Positions 43,674-58,046 of a DNA stretch of 64,000 bases are shown here, in pieces. The position numbers were made by a program, and so were the translations under genes. Below the pieces are notes generated by a model. It had not been told where the DNA came from and did no database searches. It worked only from the letters and a program-made list of their open reading frames with translations. This DNA comes from Eledone cirrhosa. Lineage: Eukaryota. The stretch spans positions 35,712,001 through 35,776,000 of the forward strand of contig OZ024752.1 in assembly GCA_964016885.1 (NCBI GenBank). Direction: 5' to 3'. Every line of letters begins with the position of its first letter. Position 1 is the stretch's first letter.

Positions 43674-44641
43674 CATATATATATATATATATAACAGATT
43701 AAAGTTTAAGCAAAGAATCGCTGCTTTCAGCCTTAACGGGATCTTCTGAAACATATATATATACATATTGTCATATATATATATATATATATAGTCATAT
43801 ATATATATATATATATGACAATATGTATATATATATATTGTCATATATATATATATAGATATATATACATATATATATATATACACACATTAGTGGCACT
43901 TATCAAAGATCTTGTGTCAGATCCATAACAATGACATTATTTAAGAGTAATTTTATCCATTAAGCCAAACATTATTATTATCATTATTATTATTATTATT
44001 ATTATTTATTATTGAGCCATTAACATTTTTTTAAATATATCACTTAGTTAGTTGGAAGGGCAATGCCCATGACCTTTTTTTCCAGGGTTTCTGAGACTGG
44101 TAGAAATGATTGGGGGGGAGGGGGACAAAATATCCTCAAACCAGAGACCTGGCTCAAATACTTGCAATAGCAAGATGGACTCTGCTAATGGTACCCAATA
44201 GGCAGGTGGACTGAGCTAATGGCGCCTAATAGGCAGGTGTAGATGTTAAACAAGACGTGAACTCAGAATGTAAAGATCCAGAACAAATACCACAAGGTAT
44301 CAATCATGTCTGATCATCTAAACATTCCACCAGAGGTTCACTGCTCTTGGCTGGTCCTTTATTCATTTAATCATCCCCACCTTCCACCCCCATCAGGATA
44401 AAATTTGACCTCAGTGGGATTTGAACACAGAATGCAAAATGTCAAATAGATACCACAAGGAACCTGAGTAGATACCATGAGGCATTCCATCCTCTTCTTT
44501 AACAATTCCACCAATCCCCTACTCCAGGACCCCTGGACTGGTACTTTATTTTATCAAACCTCAATGAAATTTGAACTCAGAACACAATGAGCTGGATCAA
44601 ATACTGAGCCATTTAATCTGATGCCCTATTGACTCTGCCAG

Positions 44642-46432
44642 TTCACTGCCAGTGTTAATATACATTAACAAGAGATGAGCCTGTTTCCTCTCCAGGCCTG
44701 AACACAACAGTGTTCTTCCAGAGAAGGATAGAAAGTTAGGGAGAGGAAGTGAGAAAGATTTATTGAGGGAGAATCAACTCCAGTACTTCACTGCCAGTGT
44801 TAATATACATTAACAAGAGATGAGCCTGTTTCCTCTCCAGGCTTGAACACAACAGTGTTCTTCCAGAGAAGGATAGAAAGTTAGGGAGAGGAAGTGAGAA
44901 AGATTTATTGAGGGAGAATCAACTCCAGTACTTTACTGCCAGTGTTAATATACATTAACAAGAGATGAGCCTGTTTCCTCTCCAGGCTTGAACACAACAG
45001 TGTTCTTCCAGAGAAGGATAGAAAGTTAGGGAGAGGAAGTGAGAAAGATTTATTGAGGGAGAATCAACTCCAGTACTTCACTGCCAGTGTTAATATACAT
45101 TAACAAGAGATGAGCCTGTTTCCTCTCCAGGCTTGAACACAACAGTGTTCTTCCAGAGAAGGATAGAAAGTTAGGGAGAGGAAGTGAGAAAGATATATTG
45201 AGGGAGAATCAACTCCAGTACTTCACTGCCAGTGTTAATATACATTAACAAGAGATGAGCCTGTTTCCTCTCCAGGCCTGAACACAACAGTGTTCTTCCA
45301 GAGAAGGATAGAAAGTTAGGGAGAGGAAGTGAGAAAGATTTATTGAGGGAGAATCAACTCCAGTACTTCACTGCCAGTGTTAATATACATTAACAAGAGA
45401 TGAGCCTGTTTCCTCTCCAGGCTTGAACACAACAGTGTTCTTCCAGAGAAGGATAGAAAGTTAGGGAGAGGAAGTGAGAAAGATATATTGAGGGAGAATC
45501 AACTCCAGTACTTCACTGCCAGTGTTAATATACATTAACAAGAGATGAGCCTGTTTCCTCTCCAGGCTTGAACACAACAGTGTTCTTCCAGAGAAGGATA
45601 GAAAGTTAGGGAGAGGAAGTGAGAAAGATATATTGAGGGAGAATCAACTCCAGTACTTCACTGCCAGTGTTAATATACATTAACAAGAGATGAGCCTGTT
45701 TCCTCTCCAGGCTTGAACACAACAGTGTTCTTCCAGAGAAGGATAGAAAGTTAGGGAGAGGAAGTGAGAAAGATATATTGAGGGAGAATCAACTCCAGTA
45801 CTTCACTGCCAGTGTTAATATACATTAACAAGAGATGAGCCTGTTTCCTCTCCAGGCTTGAACACAACAGTGTTCTTCCAGAGAAGGATAGAAAGTTAGG
45901 GAGAGGAAGTGAGAAAGATATATTGAGGGAGAATCAACTCCAGTACTTCACTGCCAGTGTTAATATACATTAACAAGAGATGAGCCTGTTTCCTCTCCAG
46001 GCTTGAACACAACAGTGTTCTTCCAGAGAAGGATAGAAAGTTAGGGAGAGGAAGTGAGAAAGATATATTGAGGGAGAATCAACTCCAGTACTTCACCGCC
46101 AGTGTTAATATACATTAACAAGAGATGAGCCTGTAACTCCCGAGGCCTGAACACAACAGTGTTCTTCCAGAGAAGGATAGAAAGTTAGGGAGAGGAAGTG
46201 AGAAAGATATATTGAGGGAGAATCAACTCCAGTACTTCACTGCCAGTGTTAATATACATTAACAAGAGATGAGCCTGTTTCCTCTCCAGGCTTGAACACA
46301 ACAGTGTTCTTCCAGAGAAGGATAGAAAGTTAGGGAGAGGAAGTGAGAAAGATATATTGAGGGAGAATCAACTCCAGTACTTCACTGCCAGTGTTAATAT
46401 ACATTAACAAGAGATGAGCCTGTAACTCCCGA
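44642..46432. repeat. 145-bp tandem array, about 12 near-identical units
   Basis: CTGCCAGTGT recurs at 44646, 44791, 44936, 45081 and onward. Confidence 0.97.
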
Positions 46433-46968
46433 GGGAGTCGTAGAGGTGCCGCATCGACATACAGTGTTTCTTAGCACATTTTAAAACCTGGCAGAGGTCA
46501 TATCCTCTCCAGGTCTAAATACAGCAGATTTCTTCCAGAGAAGGACAGAGAAGACAGTGAGAGACTGGAAGTGAGAGAGAGAGATAGAGAGAGAGGGAGA
46601 ATCGACCCCAGTACTTGACTGGTACTTTTTTTATCGACCTTGAATGGTTAAAAGGCAAAGTTGACCTCGGCGGGATTTGAACTGGGAGATCAGAGAGCCA
46701 AAACAAACACCACAAAGCATTCCATCTGACGTTCTAATGACTCTGACACTCCGCTGCCTTCGGTGTGAATATAAAGAGTTGTTAAAGTAGATTGTCTGTT
46801 TAGACATGTAATTTGTTCTATAACCTCCTACATTTCCCTGCTTAACATGAGAACTTACATGTAGAAGAGGAATAAATACTAATTCCTGCCTTTCCCAGAG
46901 GTATTCTTATACATGTGAACTGAGATGGACTTCATCCAGAAATAGACATACATACATACATATATATT

Positions 46969-47005
<37 letters not shown>

Positions 47006-47236
47006 GTTATTCCGGGTTGAATCGGAGGTAACCACAGTAAGTAAGGTACTCAATACATTGCAGAGTATAAAAGTTTGATGATTTCTAAAGAATGAAACAG
47101 TTCTATTCCTGTAGAATCTCATCTATATTAAAACTATATATATATATATATATATGTTTTTCTTTATAAACAATATATATATATATATATATGTTTTTCT
47201 TTATAAACAATATATATATATATAGTTTATATAGAT

Positions 47237-47282
<46 letters not shown>

Positions 47283-47699
47283 TATCTATGTATGTAAACA
47301 CAAATTTGAAATCTAAAACGACCAACAAACCTGCTGACAAGGACTCAAATCACATGCCATTTATATTAAAAATCTTAACACTTAATTCATAGTTTGTTTA
47401 TTTTCTCATAAAAAACACATAACCTCCTGTCATATTATGTGGTTAAGTGGTTTATGAGTAATTGGAAAATTTTGATTAAAAAGCAAATAAACGTTTGAGA
47501 AAATCGGAGGATACTAAGAGTGTAAAGTATACAATAAAATGGTCTCTTAACAAGCCGTACATGCATAGATATATCAGTGGGTCTGTTGTATTTCGAAGTC
47601 AAATTAGTATTTACATTGGTATTCTGCTTAATATTGTTTATATTAAAAATCTTAGCTATTAATTTTAGATATACATACATACATACATATTTATGTATG

Positions 47700-47766
<67 letters not shown>

Positions 47767-47800
47767 TTATATATATACACACACAGACACACCCAGCACA

Positions 47801-47837
<37 letters not shown>

Positions 47838-48600
47838 TTATTAAAATAACAGATTAAAGTTTAAGCAAAGAATCGGTGCTTCCACCCTTAACGGGATCTT
47901 CTGAAAGTCTTCAAATTTATTATTATTACTATATATATATATATATATATAACATACGTATATACATACGTATATATATATATATACATACGTATATATA
48001 TATATATATACATACGTATATACATATACATACGTATATACATATACATACGTATATACATATACATACGTATATACATATACATACGTATATACATATA
48101 CATACGTATATACATATACATACGTATATACATATACATACGTATATACATATACATACGTATATACATATACATACGTATATATATATACATACGTATA
48201 TATATATACATACGTATATATATATACATACGTATATATATATACATACGTATATATATATACATACGTATATATATATACATACGTATATACATATACA
48301 TACGTATATACATATACATACGTATATATATATACATACGTATATACATATACATACGTATATATATATACATACGTATATATATATATATACGTATATA
48401 TATATATATACATACGTATATACATATACATACGTATATACATATACATACGTATATATATATACATATGTATGTATATATATATATATATGTATGTATA
48501 TATATATATGTATGTATGTATATATATATATGTATGTATATATATATATATATGTATGTATATATATATATATGTATGTATGTATATATATATATGTATG

Positions 48601-48649
<49 letters not shown>

Positions 48650-48783
48650 GTATGTATATATATATATATATATATATACTTACATTCATACATGTACACA
48701 CATATTATATATACAGAGTGGCTCAAAATTCACAAAACAATTTTATATATAATTTGAAATGGTTCAGTGAATTTGGGGACACC

Positions 48784-48817
<34 letters not shown>

Positions 48818-48826
48818 GGTGTCCCC

Positions 48827-48889
<63 letters not shown>

Positions 48890-49037
48890 TGCACACAAAT
48901 ACATATGCACATTAGTTCATAATATTTTTCTTGTATACAATACGGTATATATTTACTATATATAGATTTAGTTATGTGTACATATCTGATATATGCAGAT
49001 ATGTCTGTCTTTTCTGGATGCAAATTTTCACAGAAAT

Positions 49038-49122
49038 CTATGAATTTCCAATCGTTTTTGGTATTATGATTCCTTGTAGCTTCGTCTTTTTTAGAAGATA
49101 TAAACTGTCATCAATAAGAAAA
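49038..49122 (-). CDS. PGAP3: PGAP3 terminal coding exon
   Basis: (S)FLIDDSLYLLKKTKLQGIIIPKTIGNS*, resembling the vertebrate FLEDDSLYLL terminus; ttttcag acceptor; TAG at 49038-49040. Confidence 0.92.
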
Positions 49123-49805
49123 CTGAAAAACAAAAATTTTTGTGATTAAAGTTATGTAATAAAATAATAGACATACAATCAACACACACTAGGAGAGAAG
49201 ATGGAGCAACACTGTTGGCTCTCAAGAAAACTCTCACAACCCAGCAATATAGTTACAACAAGGCGAGTAAAGGCTTTCTATAAGCAAGCCTAGCCTTCAT
49301 GAATCTGAGAAAAATGACCAAATTGGTGTCTGGCATAAATAAGACCACCAAAAACTGCAGTATGGTCAGATTCAATAAAAGCAATCATACTACGTCACCC
49401 ATCACATCTTTACCCCTAATACTGCAACATTTTATAAAATATTACAAGTATTTGCATTGATTGACAAGTTTTTAGATATCACCATAATCGCCATCATTAC
49501 CGTTTTAGTAAAAAAAAACTGCGGTTTGATTTGTCAATGCTTCAGTGAAGTAAAGGGGACAAGTAAAGTATATTTGTTGGGGTGAAACAACTAAAGAGTT
49601 ATAAAAATGTTATAGATTAGGTCCAGCATTCAATAATGGTGTTTACACAATGTAGGGAGACTGTGTACCTATTCTAAGGTATTTAGGTACCTATATTTAT
49701 TGATTGAACTAATCAACCTATAGAAAATGATTCAATTTAGTTATTTCAAATAAGAAGTAAAGTGGTTCACAGGAAATATTCATTGTAACAGAAAAGTCAA
49801 CTTAC

Positions 49806-50010
49806 CTGTACCAAAGAATAGCTAGTGGAATTGTTCCTAAGTGCCACATAGCATGAGCGTCTAAGATCCACAGTATTGGAGGGAAATCTCCTAGCTCAAG
49901 ACCCAAAAGCACATTGGTAACACACAACACAACTACACATTTCCAAACATAGTATTGTTCTTTTCTCTTAATGTAGCACCAAATACCCCATAACATAGAT
50001 TGAAGAAAAC
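49806..50010 (-). CDS. PGAP3: PGAP3 exon
   Basis: FLQSMLWGIWC...LELGDFPPILWILDAHAMWHLGTIPLAILWY with the hallmark LExxDFPP..DAHxxWH motif; 205 nt; AG and GTAAG boundaries. Confidence 0.96.
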
Positions 50011-50716
50011 CTAGAATTAAAATAGAAAACAAACAAAAAAACGAAAGAAATTTTTTTAAAAATTAAAGTATATAAATTGAATTTTTATTTAACCCTTTCA
50101 TTGGCATCATCATCATCATCATTTAACATCCACTTTGTCTGCTAGCAAGGGTTGGATGGGTCTACATAGATCAAGTCAGTACTGAAGCTGGGGCTACTAA
50201 TCTCCAGGACAAGCCAGTGATCTGCTTCTCGCTTGTGGCCATACGTTCTACCAAGAGCTGAGAAGTTGTCATGTCTTTGACACAACTGAAGGGTCCTCCT
50301 GACCCTTGTTTGGCAAGCTTTCTATGGCTGGATGCCCTTCCTATTACCAAACACTTTACAGTGTATATCACCAGCTCTAGTGCGGCTGCTATATCTTTGA
50401 CACAACTGAAAGGTCCTCTTGACCCTTGTTTGGCAAGCTTTCTATGGTTCGATACCCTTCCTATCACCAACCACTTTACAGTGTGTACTGGGTGCATTTA
50501 TTATGTAGATCACCAATACTAGAAGGATTGGATTTTTGCTCATTTCTCAGACATAAAATAGTGGGGTCAGCTTATATTCGAGTATATATGGTAATTTCAA
50601 GCTCATCTGGTCTTTCATTAAGCTAAATAATTTATGGTTTCTGATAAAAAAGTTTAACTGAGGGGAGCAAAAACAGAGCAAAATAAGAAAAAGAAACAAC
50701 AAATAACACAACTTAC

Positions 50717-50853
50717 CAATGCAAGAACAAATGTACAAATTGTAGGTATAATCAAATTTTACATATGCCATATAATAAAAGTGGCGTATACAAAATGATA
50801 ACAGTCCAATAAAGAATGCCGATAGGATAATATAGTGGTTAGTTCCAACAGCT
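50717..50853 (-). CDS. PGAP3: PGAP3 exon
   Basis: AVGTNHYIILSAFFIGLLSFCIRHFYYMAYVKFDYTYNLYICSCI(G) with the FDYxYN motif; 137 nt; phases match both neighbouring exons. Confidence 0.93.
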
Positions 50854-51967
50854 CTGAAATATAAAGAAATAGGTTTGAGGAGACAGTTTCCTAATTTCTA
50901 TAATATAAAATATTCTTTACAAATATAGGTGTATCATCATCATCATCATCATCGGCTTTTAATGTCCACTTTTTTCCATGCTAGCATGGGTTAGACGAGT
51001 TGTCCCGTTGTCAGACAAGTCAGATCAGGTGATCACGTCTTACTTATACAGAACTGTATAGTTATAATTTTTCACATATTATTTAGATTAAAACTGTGTG
51101 TGTGTACGTGTGTGTGTGTGTATCATTATTTAATGTCCATTTTTCTGTGCTAGCATGGGTTAGATGAGTTGTCCCATTGTGAGACAAGTCAGATCAGGTG
51201 ACTGAATCTTGCTTATACAGAACTGTATAATTTTTCAGACATTCTTATTTGGATTAAAATTATGTGTGTGTGTGTGTGTGTGTGTTTCATCATAATCTTT
51301 ATCATCATTATTTAATATCCATTTTCCCTGCTAGCAAGGGTTGGATGGGTCATCACAGACCAAGTCAGTACTTAATCAGAACGACTGATCTTTCAGATGG
51401 ACTGGGACCAGATCTCGTTTACATACATTCCTTCATTCTACAGAATATGCCATACATTATTCCATGGCACCAGCACTAGGGAGGTCATGTCATTGACATA
51501 ACTGAAGAGTCCTCACAACCCTTTTTTGGCATGGTTTCTATAGCTGGATACCTTTCTTATTGTTAACCACCTTAGAGGGTGTACTGGGCGCATTTTCTAT
51601 GATACCAGCACAAGAGAGGTTGTTCAGTCATAACTGTAAGATTCTCTCAGCTCTTTTTAGCATGGTTTCTATGGCTGAAAGCTGTAGATATAATCATCAT
51701 CATTTAACATCCATTTTTCCACGCTTTCATGGGTTAGATGAGTTCTCAAATTATGAGACAAGATGTGTTCCAGAGACCACATCATGCTCAAATATATTTT
51801 ATTCACTACAAACTTCTGAATGAAACAAAATATTCTCTACTGTTTTGGGTAGAAAATAACTCATTTATTTGGTGGGTATTTCAAGTCTAAAATAACAAAG
51901 AATACTAAGTTGAAGTTGACCACTGATCAACCATGAAATTATGAATACAAACAAATTGATTACTTAC

Positions 51968-52029
51968 CGACAGAAGAAGAGAAACAAGTTAAAAAGGATT
52001 AAAGAGAATGCACAGAAATAATCCATCAT
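51968..52029 (-). CDS. PGAP3: PGAP3 exon
   Basis: MMDYFCAFSLILFNLFLFFC(R) with the conserved DYFCA motif; 62 nt, phase 0 to 2; AG and GTAAG boundaries. Confidence 0.93.
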
Positions 52030-52286
52030 CTGAAAGAAAATATCAAAATAAGTTTATTACACTGAAGCAGAAACTTTTACATGGAAAACATCCCCAAACC
52101 CTTTCATGACCTATTTCTAACGAAATACATCATCCATGTTTCAATTAATTTTTTAAATAACCAAGACTTGTAACCTTTTAACATTTAAACTGGCTGTATC
52201 CAGCCAGAATTCTCTCACATCTTTCTGTTCAAACTGGCTGTAACTGGCTGCTCATACTTATGTAAAGGTATTGTTTCAAAACAAAT

Positions 52287-52468
52287 AATTGTTTCTACTT
52301 TAGGCACAAGGCCAGCAATTATCCAGTACATTACTGGTACTTTATTTTATCGACCCCGTAAGGATGAAAGGCAAAGTTAACCTTGGCGGGATTTGAACTC
52401 AGACCGTAAAGGGACGTAACTATGCTGGAAAGCATGGCGTCTGACCCTCTACCGATACTGCCAATCCA
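52287..52468 (-). mobile_element. SINE family 1 copy nested in a piggyBac-like MITE
   Basis: Flanked by the direct repeat ACAAATAAT; MITE halves at 52172-52286 and 52469-52558. Confidence 0.8.
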
Positions 52469-53300
52469 CAAATAATATCAATCGATATTATGTGAGATAA
52501 AGCCTTTACTATGAAAATATAATAGTAAATATATAGTAATGTAAATGCTAAAGGATTAATAAAATAATTAATTAATCCATTATTAAGCTATTGTTTGGAA
52601 CATAATGGTTTCTGATTTAGGCATAAGGCCAATAATTTGGGGAGGGGGGAAAGTCGATTAAATCAACCCCAGTGTATCACTGGTGCTTTTATTTCATCGA
52701 CCCTGTAAGGATGAATAGTAAAGCTAACCTCAGCAGGATTTGAACTCAAAATGTAAAGGGCTGCAACTATATGTTACAAAGTCTGTTGTCCAACGCTCTA
52801 CCGATTCTGCCATTCCACTGCTTTTATTGTTTGGAATATAATAAAAGATTCTAACATAAAATTTTGAGAGCATTTACATTACTCTATATATACTATTGTA
52901 TTTTCATGGTAAAGCCTTTACCTCACATAACATTTACATTACTCTATATATACTATTGTATTTTCATGGTAAAGGCTTTACCTCACATAACATTTACATT
53001 ACTCTATATATACTATTGTATTTTCGTGGTAAAGCCTTTACCTCACATAATTATCTCACATGATATCGAATCTATGAGATTTTGATAATATTTATTTTTA
53101 GAACAATGCTGTAACCTAAGCATGACTGGCTGGTTATGACCAGTTTGAACAGAAGGAGGTGAGAGAATTCTGGCCAGATATGGCTGGTCTAAATGCTAAT
53201 GGGTTAAAACACTTTTAAAAGGACAGTTTTGTATCATAAAATTTGAGGCAAGACACTGCTTGTGATTTTCAATTAATTTTGAAAATAATTAGAAATATAT

Positions 53301-55521
53301 CATCATCACCGTTTTACATCCGTTCTTCCACGCTAGCATGGGTTAGACGGGTTGTCCTGTTGTGGGTAGTGTTCGGTCGGCTGACCTTGTCTTGCTCATA
53401 CGGGAACTGATTCTGGCTTGATTTCTACAGCTGGATGCCCTTCCTAACACCAACCTCATTTACAGTGAGTGCTGGGTGCTTTTTTTCCGTGGCACCTACA
53501 CGTCCACTTTACAGTGTGGGCTGGGTGCTTTTTTTGCCGTAGCACCTCCACGACCACTTTGCAGTGGGAGGGTGTGGAGGCAAATTGTCTATATGCTTCA
53601 GCTTCGTCTTGTACCCGTGGGGGGTCAAGTCTTCTGTATTACTGCGTGACGCCAGAGGTCACGGTCAAATGTCATCGCCTTTGAGAGGTGTAATTGGGTA
53701 AGGTCGGCTTTTATCACCTCATCCCAGGTCTTCTTGGGTCTCCCCACTCCGCGGTTTCCATCGACTTCTAGTGCTCTGCACCTTTTTATGCAGCTGTCAT
53801 CCTTTATACGCATCACATGTCCATACCAACGCAACCGCCTCTCCTGCACACAACATTTGATTCCTCTTATGCTCAGTCTCTCTCTCTCAATTCATTTATG
53901 CTTTGCCATTCACGTATATTACTATTACACATCCATCAGGGCATGCAGGCTTCGTTTCTTTCTAATCTATGCAAGTCTTCTACAGACAGCGCCCAGGTCT
54001 CACACACCATGTAACATTGCTGTTCATATACATGCATCATACAGTCTGCCTTCCATTTTGAGGGAAAAGCCTTTTGCAGCTAGCAGTGGCAGTAGCTCCC
54101 TGAACTTCTTCCATCCCGTTCTTACCCTAGTTATTGTACTTTCCGAACACCCACCTCCGCTGCTAATTCGGTCACCTAGGTAGCAGAAGCTGTCTACTGT
54201 TTCTACAGAGCCCGCCCAGAGATTGGTGGTACTTGTTTCCTGTGGCTGTTTGCTGCTTGCTGTTTCAGCACAGCTGCTATATGTGGAACCTACATTCTTA
54301 GTTAAGCTTCCTGAGATCCCGCTACATCTCTTGTGTACCCATTGTTTGCATTTGGGACAGAGAATGGAGTTCCTACCTACACCTTTCCTACATACTGAGC
54401 AAGGCCATTTCCCTGAGGGGATCTGGATTCTGTTTTCTCGTCTACTTACAAGGACCTTAGTCTTTGTCAGGTTGACTTTGAGACTCTTTCTTTCTAGTCC
54501 CTGCTTCCAAGTTTGGAATTTCTTTTCTAGTTCTACCATAGATTCAGCTATAAGTGCGAGGTCATCTGCATACAGGAGTTCCCATGGGCATCCGGTCTTA
54601 AACTCCTCCGTTATTGCCTGCAGGACTATGATGAACAGGAGAGAGCTAAGACCTGTACGCTAAATTCCTCGCTATACTCACTGCTAATCCTAACTTTGCT
54701 GACTGCTCCTCTATATATGGCTTGTATAGCTTTCACAAGCCATTCATCAACTCCTAGTTTTCTAAGAGCCCACCAGATTATAGCACGGGGGTCTCTGTCA
54801 AAGGCTTTCTCGAGGTCGACAAATGCCAGGTAGAGTGGCTTACTTTTAGCTAGGTACTTTTCCTGTAACTGCCTCACAAGAAAGAGAGCATCAGTGGTGC
54901 CTCTTCCTGGCACAAACCCAAATTGCATCTCATCTAGTTTCACCCGGTCCCTAATCAACTGTGCTATAACTCTTTCTGTTACTTTCATGACCTGGTCCAT
55001 CAGCTTTATACCTCTATAGTTTCCTCTATCTAGTGCATCACCTTTACCTTTGTAGCAGTTGACTGCACCAATCCTTTGGTATGACACCTTCTAGTATTAC
55101 CTGGTTAACAATACGTGTGGTTATGGTGTGACCTACAGACCCAGATGCCTTCAGCATCTCAGCAGCTATACTCGATGGACCGGTTACCTTCCCCGTCTTC
55201 ATATCTTTGATTGCCTTACTTACTACGCTGCTGCTGACTTGTACTGCTGGCCCCTCTATAGGGTCTACTTGGGGTAGGGTCTCTTCTTCCCATGCATTCT
55301 CTTCATTTAGTAATCTATCATAATGGCTCTTCCACGCATCTTTCTTTCTTCTCAGCACTTGTGAGGGCAAGCTCCCCTTTATCATTCCGGATACACTTCT
55401 CTCCAATGACATCACAATTCTCTCTGACACACTGCCTCGCAATCTTGAACACCTCCTGTTTCTGGTCCTCACGTTGCAAAACATGCTTGAATTTTCTATC
55501 CTCTGCATCCCTCCTAGCTAA
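53301..55521 (-). mobile_element. RTE-clade LINE, 5'-truncated and frameshifted, in a PGAP3 intron
   Basis: RT motifs NYRGIKL, QFGF.PGRGTTDA, FVDLEKAFD and YADD; Cys/His insert CSVC..CPKC..H..C; RRLRWYGHV; (GAT)n tail near 53301. Confidence 0.93.
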
Positions 55522-55585
55522 GTATATATTATATTAAATTAAAAAGAATCTCAAAATGAAAATATATATCTTGTAAAGAAAATAC

Positions 55586-55648
55586 CTCTGTGAAAGCAGT
55601 ATCTCTGGTGTGAAAAGCTAGAGACCACATCCAAGCATGAGCAGAAAT
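55586..55648 (-). CDS. PGAP3: PGAP3 exon
   Basis: ISAHAWMWSLAFHTRDTAFTE (CREST-family W-x-W-S-x-x-F-H-T-R-D motif); tttcag acceptor, gta donor; 63 nt. Confidence 0.95.
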
Positions 55649-56447
55649 CTGAAAAATAAATATAATCAATAAAAGTCTAAATAGGATGATATGCAGGATG
55701 GGGGTGGGAGGAATATCGATTAATAAGATCCTAAACTTCGCTTGCAAAGTTGGGTGGAACTCATCAAATCAGACCAAGGAAACAATATTTCCATTGATCT
55801 TTCCAATTGTTGATCTAACTACCAGTTGCATCTCCTGGCAGAAAGAGCAACGTGAAATAAATAGCGTCTTGCCCAACGGCATACACATCACCTGGTCTGG
55901 GAATCAAACTCACAACCTCATGATTGCAAATCCAATTCTCTAACCACTAAGCAATGGATGTTAAAGTTTTAAAATGTTTTGAATAGGCGCACACGGATTA
56001 TTACTGGGGGTGGTTGTGGGGGAAGAGTCCTCAAACACTCCTTCCAGCGGGTCCTGTCAGAAGTAACAATCTCCAATTAATCCGACTGGATCCCCAAGCA
56101 AGAGTAGCTGAGCTCATATCAGATGGTTGGATAATTTTAATATCAGATGGTTGGATATTTTCCAGCACAAATACCATCTTAATAACGAATTAATAATTTT
56201 AGTAAATCCCTTCAAATTTTTTCATTAATCAATTGAAATACTGTGTATTTCATTAGGAATCATCATCATCATCATCGTTTAACGTCCCTGTTCCACGCTT
56301 GCCTGGGTTTGGACGGGGGTTTTCCCACTTGAGGCAAGCGTGGTTGTCTTGCTCGCATAGGACTGTCTGGCGGGTTTTCTACAGCGGGATGCCCTTCCTA
56401 ACACCAGGAATATGGTTACAAAAGTATTATAAGGACTGTAAACTTAC

Positions 56448-56597
56448 CACAGCCATAGAGTGCCACACATAATACATCGGAGCAACAGATGGCACCTTGG
56501 CTCGGAACTTAAAAATCATCATATGTGTAAAAGCATTAAAGAGAGAAAATATCGCAGAAGCTGGTTCTTGAATTCCGCAAAATCGAACAAATGGCCA
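56448..56597 (-). CDS. PGAP3: PGAP3/Per1-like exon (first visible internal exon)
   Basis: Encodes WPFVRFCGIQEPASAIFSLFNAFTHMMIFKFRAKVPSVAPMYYVWHSMAV, matching the PGAP3 WPFxRxxxxQEPAS motif; ttttacag acceptor, gtaag donor; 150 nt, phase 0. Confidence 0.95.
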
Positions 56598-56668
56598 CTG
56601 TAAAAATAAAGAAATGAAAAGAATGTAAAAGATTTGACAATAGAAAATACAACAGGAAAGATTCATAA

Positions 56669-56862
56669 TAATTGTTTCTACTTTTGGCACAAGGCCAGCA
56701 ATTACCCCCAGTGCATTACTGGTGCTTTATTTTACTGACCCCGTAAGGATGAAAGGCAAAGTTAACCTCGGTGGAGTTGAACTCAGACGGTAAAGGGCCG
56801 TAACTCTATGCTGCAAAGCATGGCATCTGACCCTCTACCAATACTGCCAACAATCCACTGCC
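56669..56862 (-). mobile_element. SINE family 1 copy
   Basis: Consensus match; other minus-strand copies at about 36376-36530, 52604-52820 and 58531-58715. Confidence 0.8.
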
Positions 56863-57037
56863 CTCATAATAATGCATGGTTGTAGTGTTGGAGAAGTATT
56901 AGGCTATGTACTTATAGCACACAAAATATACATCATCATCATCATCTTCATCATCATCATTTAACATTCAGTTTTCCATGGGTTAGACGGGTTGTCACAT
57001 TATGAGACAAGTCAGGTCCAGTGTGCTACATGGTGTG

Positions 57038-58046
57038 GTTTCTATAGCTGGATGCCCATGGTTTCTATAGCTGGATGCCCATAGTTTCTATAGCTGGATG
57101 CCCATGGTTTCTATAGCTGGATGCCCATGGTTTCTATAGCTGGATGCCCATAGTTTCTATAGCTGGATGCCCATGGTTTCTATAGCTGGATGCCCATGGT
57201 TTCTATAGCTGGATGCCCATAGTTTCTATAGCTGGATGCCCATAGTTTCTATAGCTGGATGCCCATAGTTTCTATAGCTGGATGCCCATAGTTTCTATAG
57301 CTGGATGCCCATGGTTTCTATAGCTGGATGCCCATGGTTTCTATAGCTGGATGCCCACGGTTTCTATAGCTGGATGCCCATGGTTTCTATAGCTGGATGC
57401 CCATGGTTTCTATAGCTGGATGCCCATGGTTTCTATAGCTGGATGCCCATGGTTTCTATAGCTGGATGCCCATGGTTTCTATAGCTGGATGCCCATGGTT
57501 TCTATAGCTGGATGCCCATGGTTTCTATAGCTGAATGCCCATGGTTTCTATAGCTGGATGCCCATGGTTTCTATAGCTGGATGCCCATGGTTTCTATAGC
57601 TGGATGCCTATGGTTTCTATAGCTGGATGCCCATGGTTTCTATAGCTGGATGCCCATAGTTTCTATAGCTGAATGCCCATGGTTTCTATAGCTGGATGCC
57701 CATGGTTTCTATAGCTGGATGCCCATGGTTTCTATAGCTGGATGCCTATGGTTTCTATAGCTGGATGCCCATAGTTTCTATAGCTGGATGCCTATGGTTT
57801 CTATAGCTGGGTGCCCATGGTTTCTATAGCTGGATGCCCATGGTTTCTATAGCTGGATGCCCATGGTTTCTATAGCTGGATGCCTATGGTTTCTATAGCT
57901 GAATGCCCATAGTTTCTATAGCTGGATGCCTATGGTTTCTATAGCTGGATGCCTATGGTTTCTATAGCTGGATGCCCATGGTTTCTATAGCTGGATGCCC
58001 ATAGTTTCTATAGCTGGATGCCCATGGTTTCTATAGCTGGATGCCC
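57038..58046. repeat. 23-bp minisatellite, about 44 units
   Basis: Unit ATGGTTTCTATAGCTGGATGCCC. Confidence 0.97.

Noticed and set aside
44642-46432. Possible tandem RNA gene array or CRISPR
   Set aside because: No unique spacers and no 5S/snRNA features; the unit derives from the adjacent SINE.
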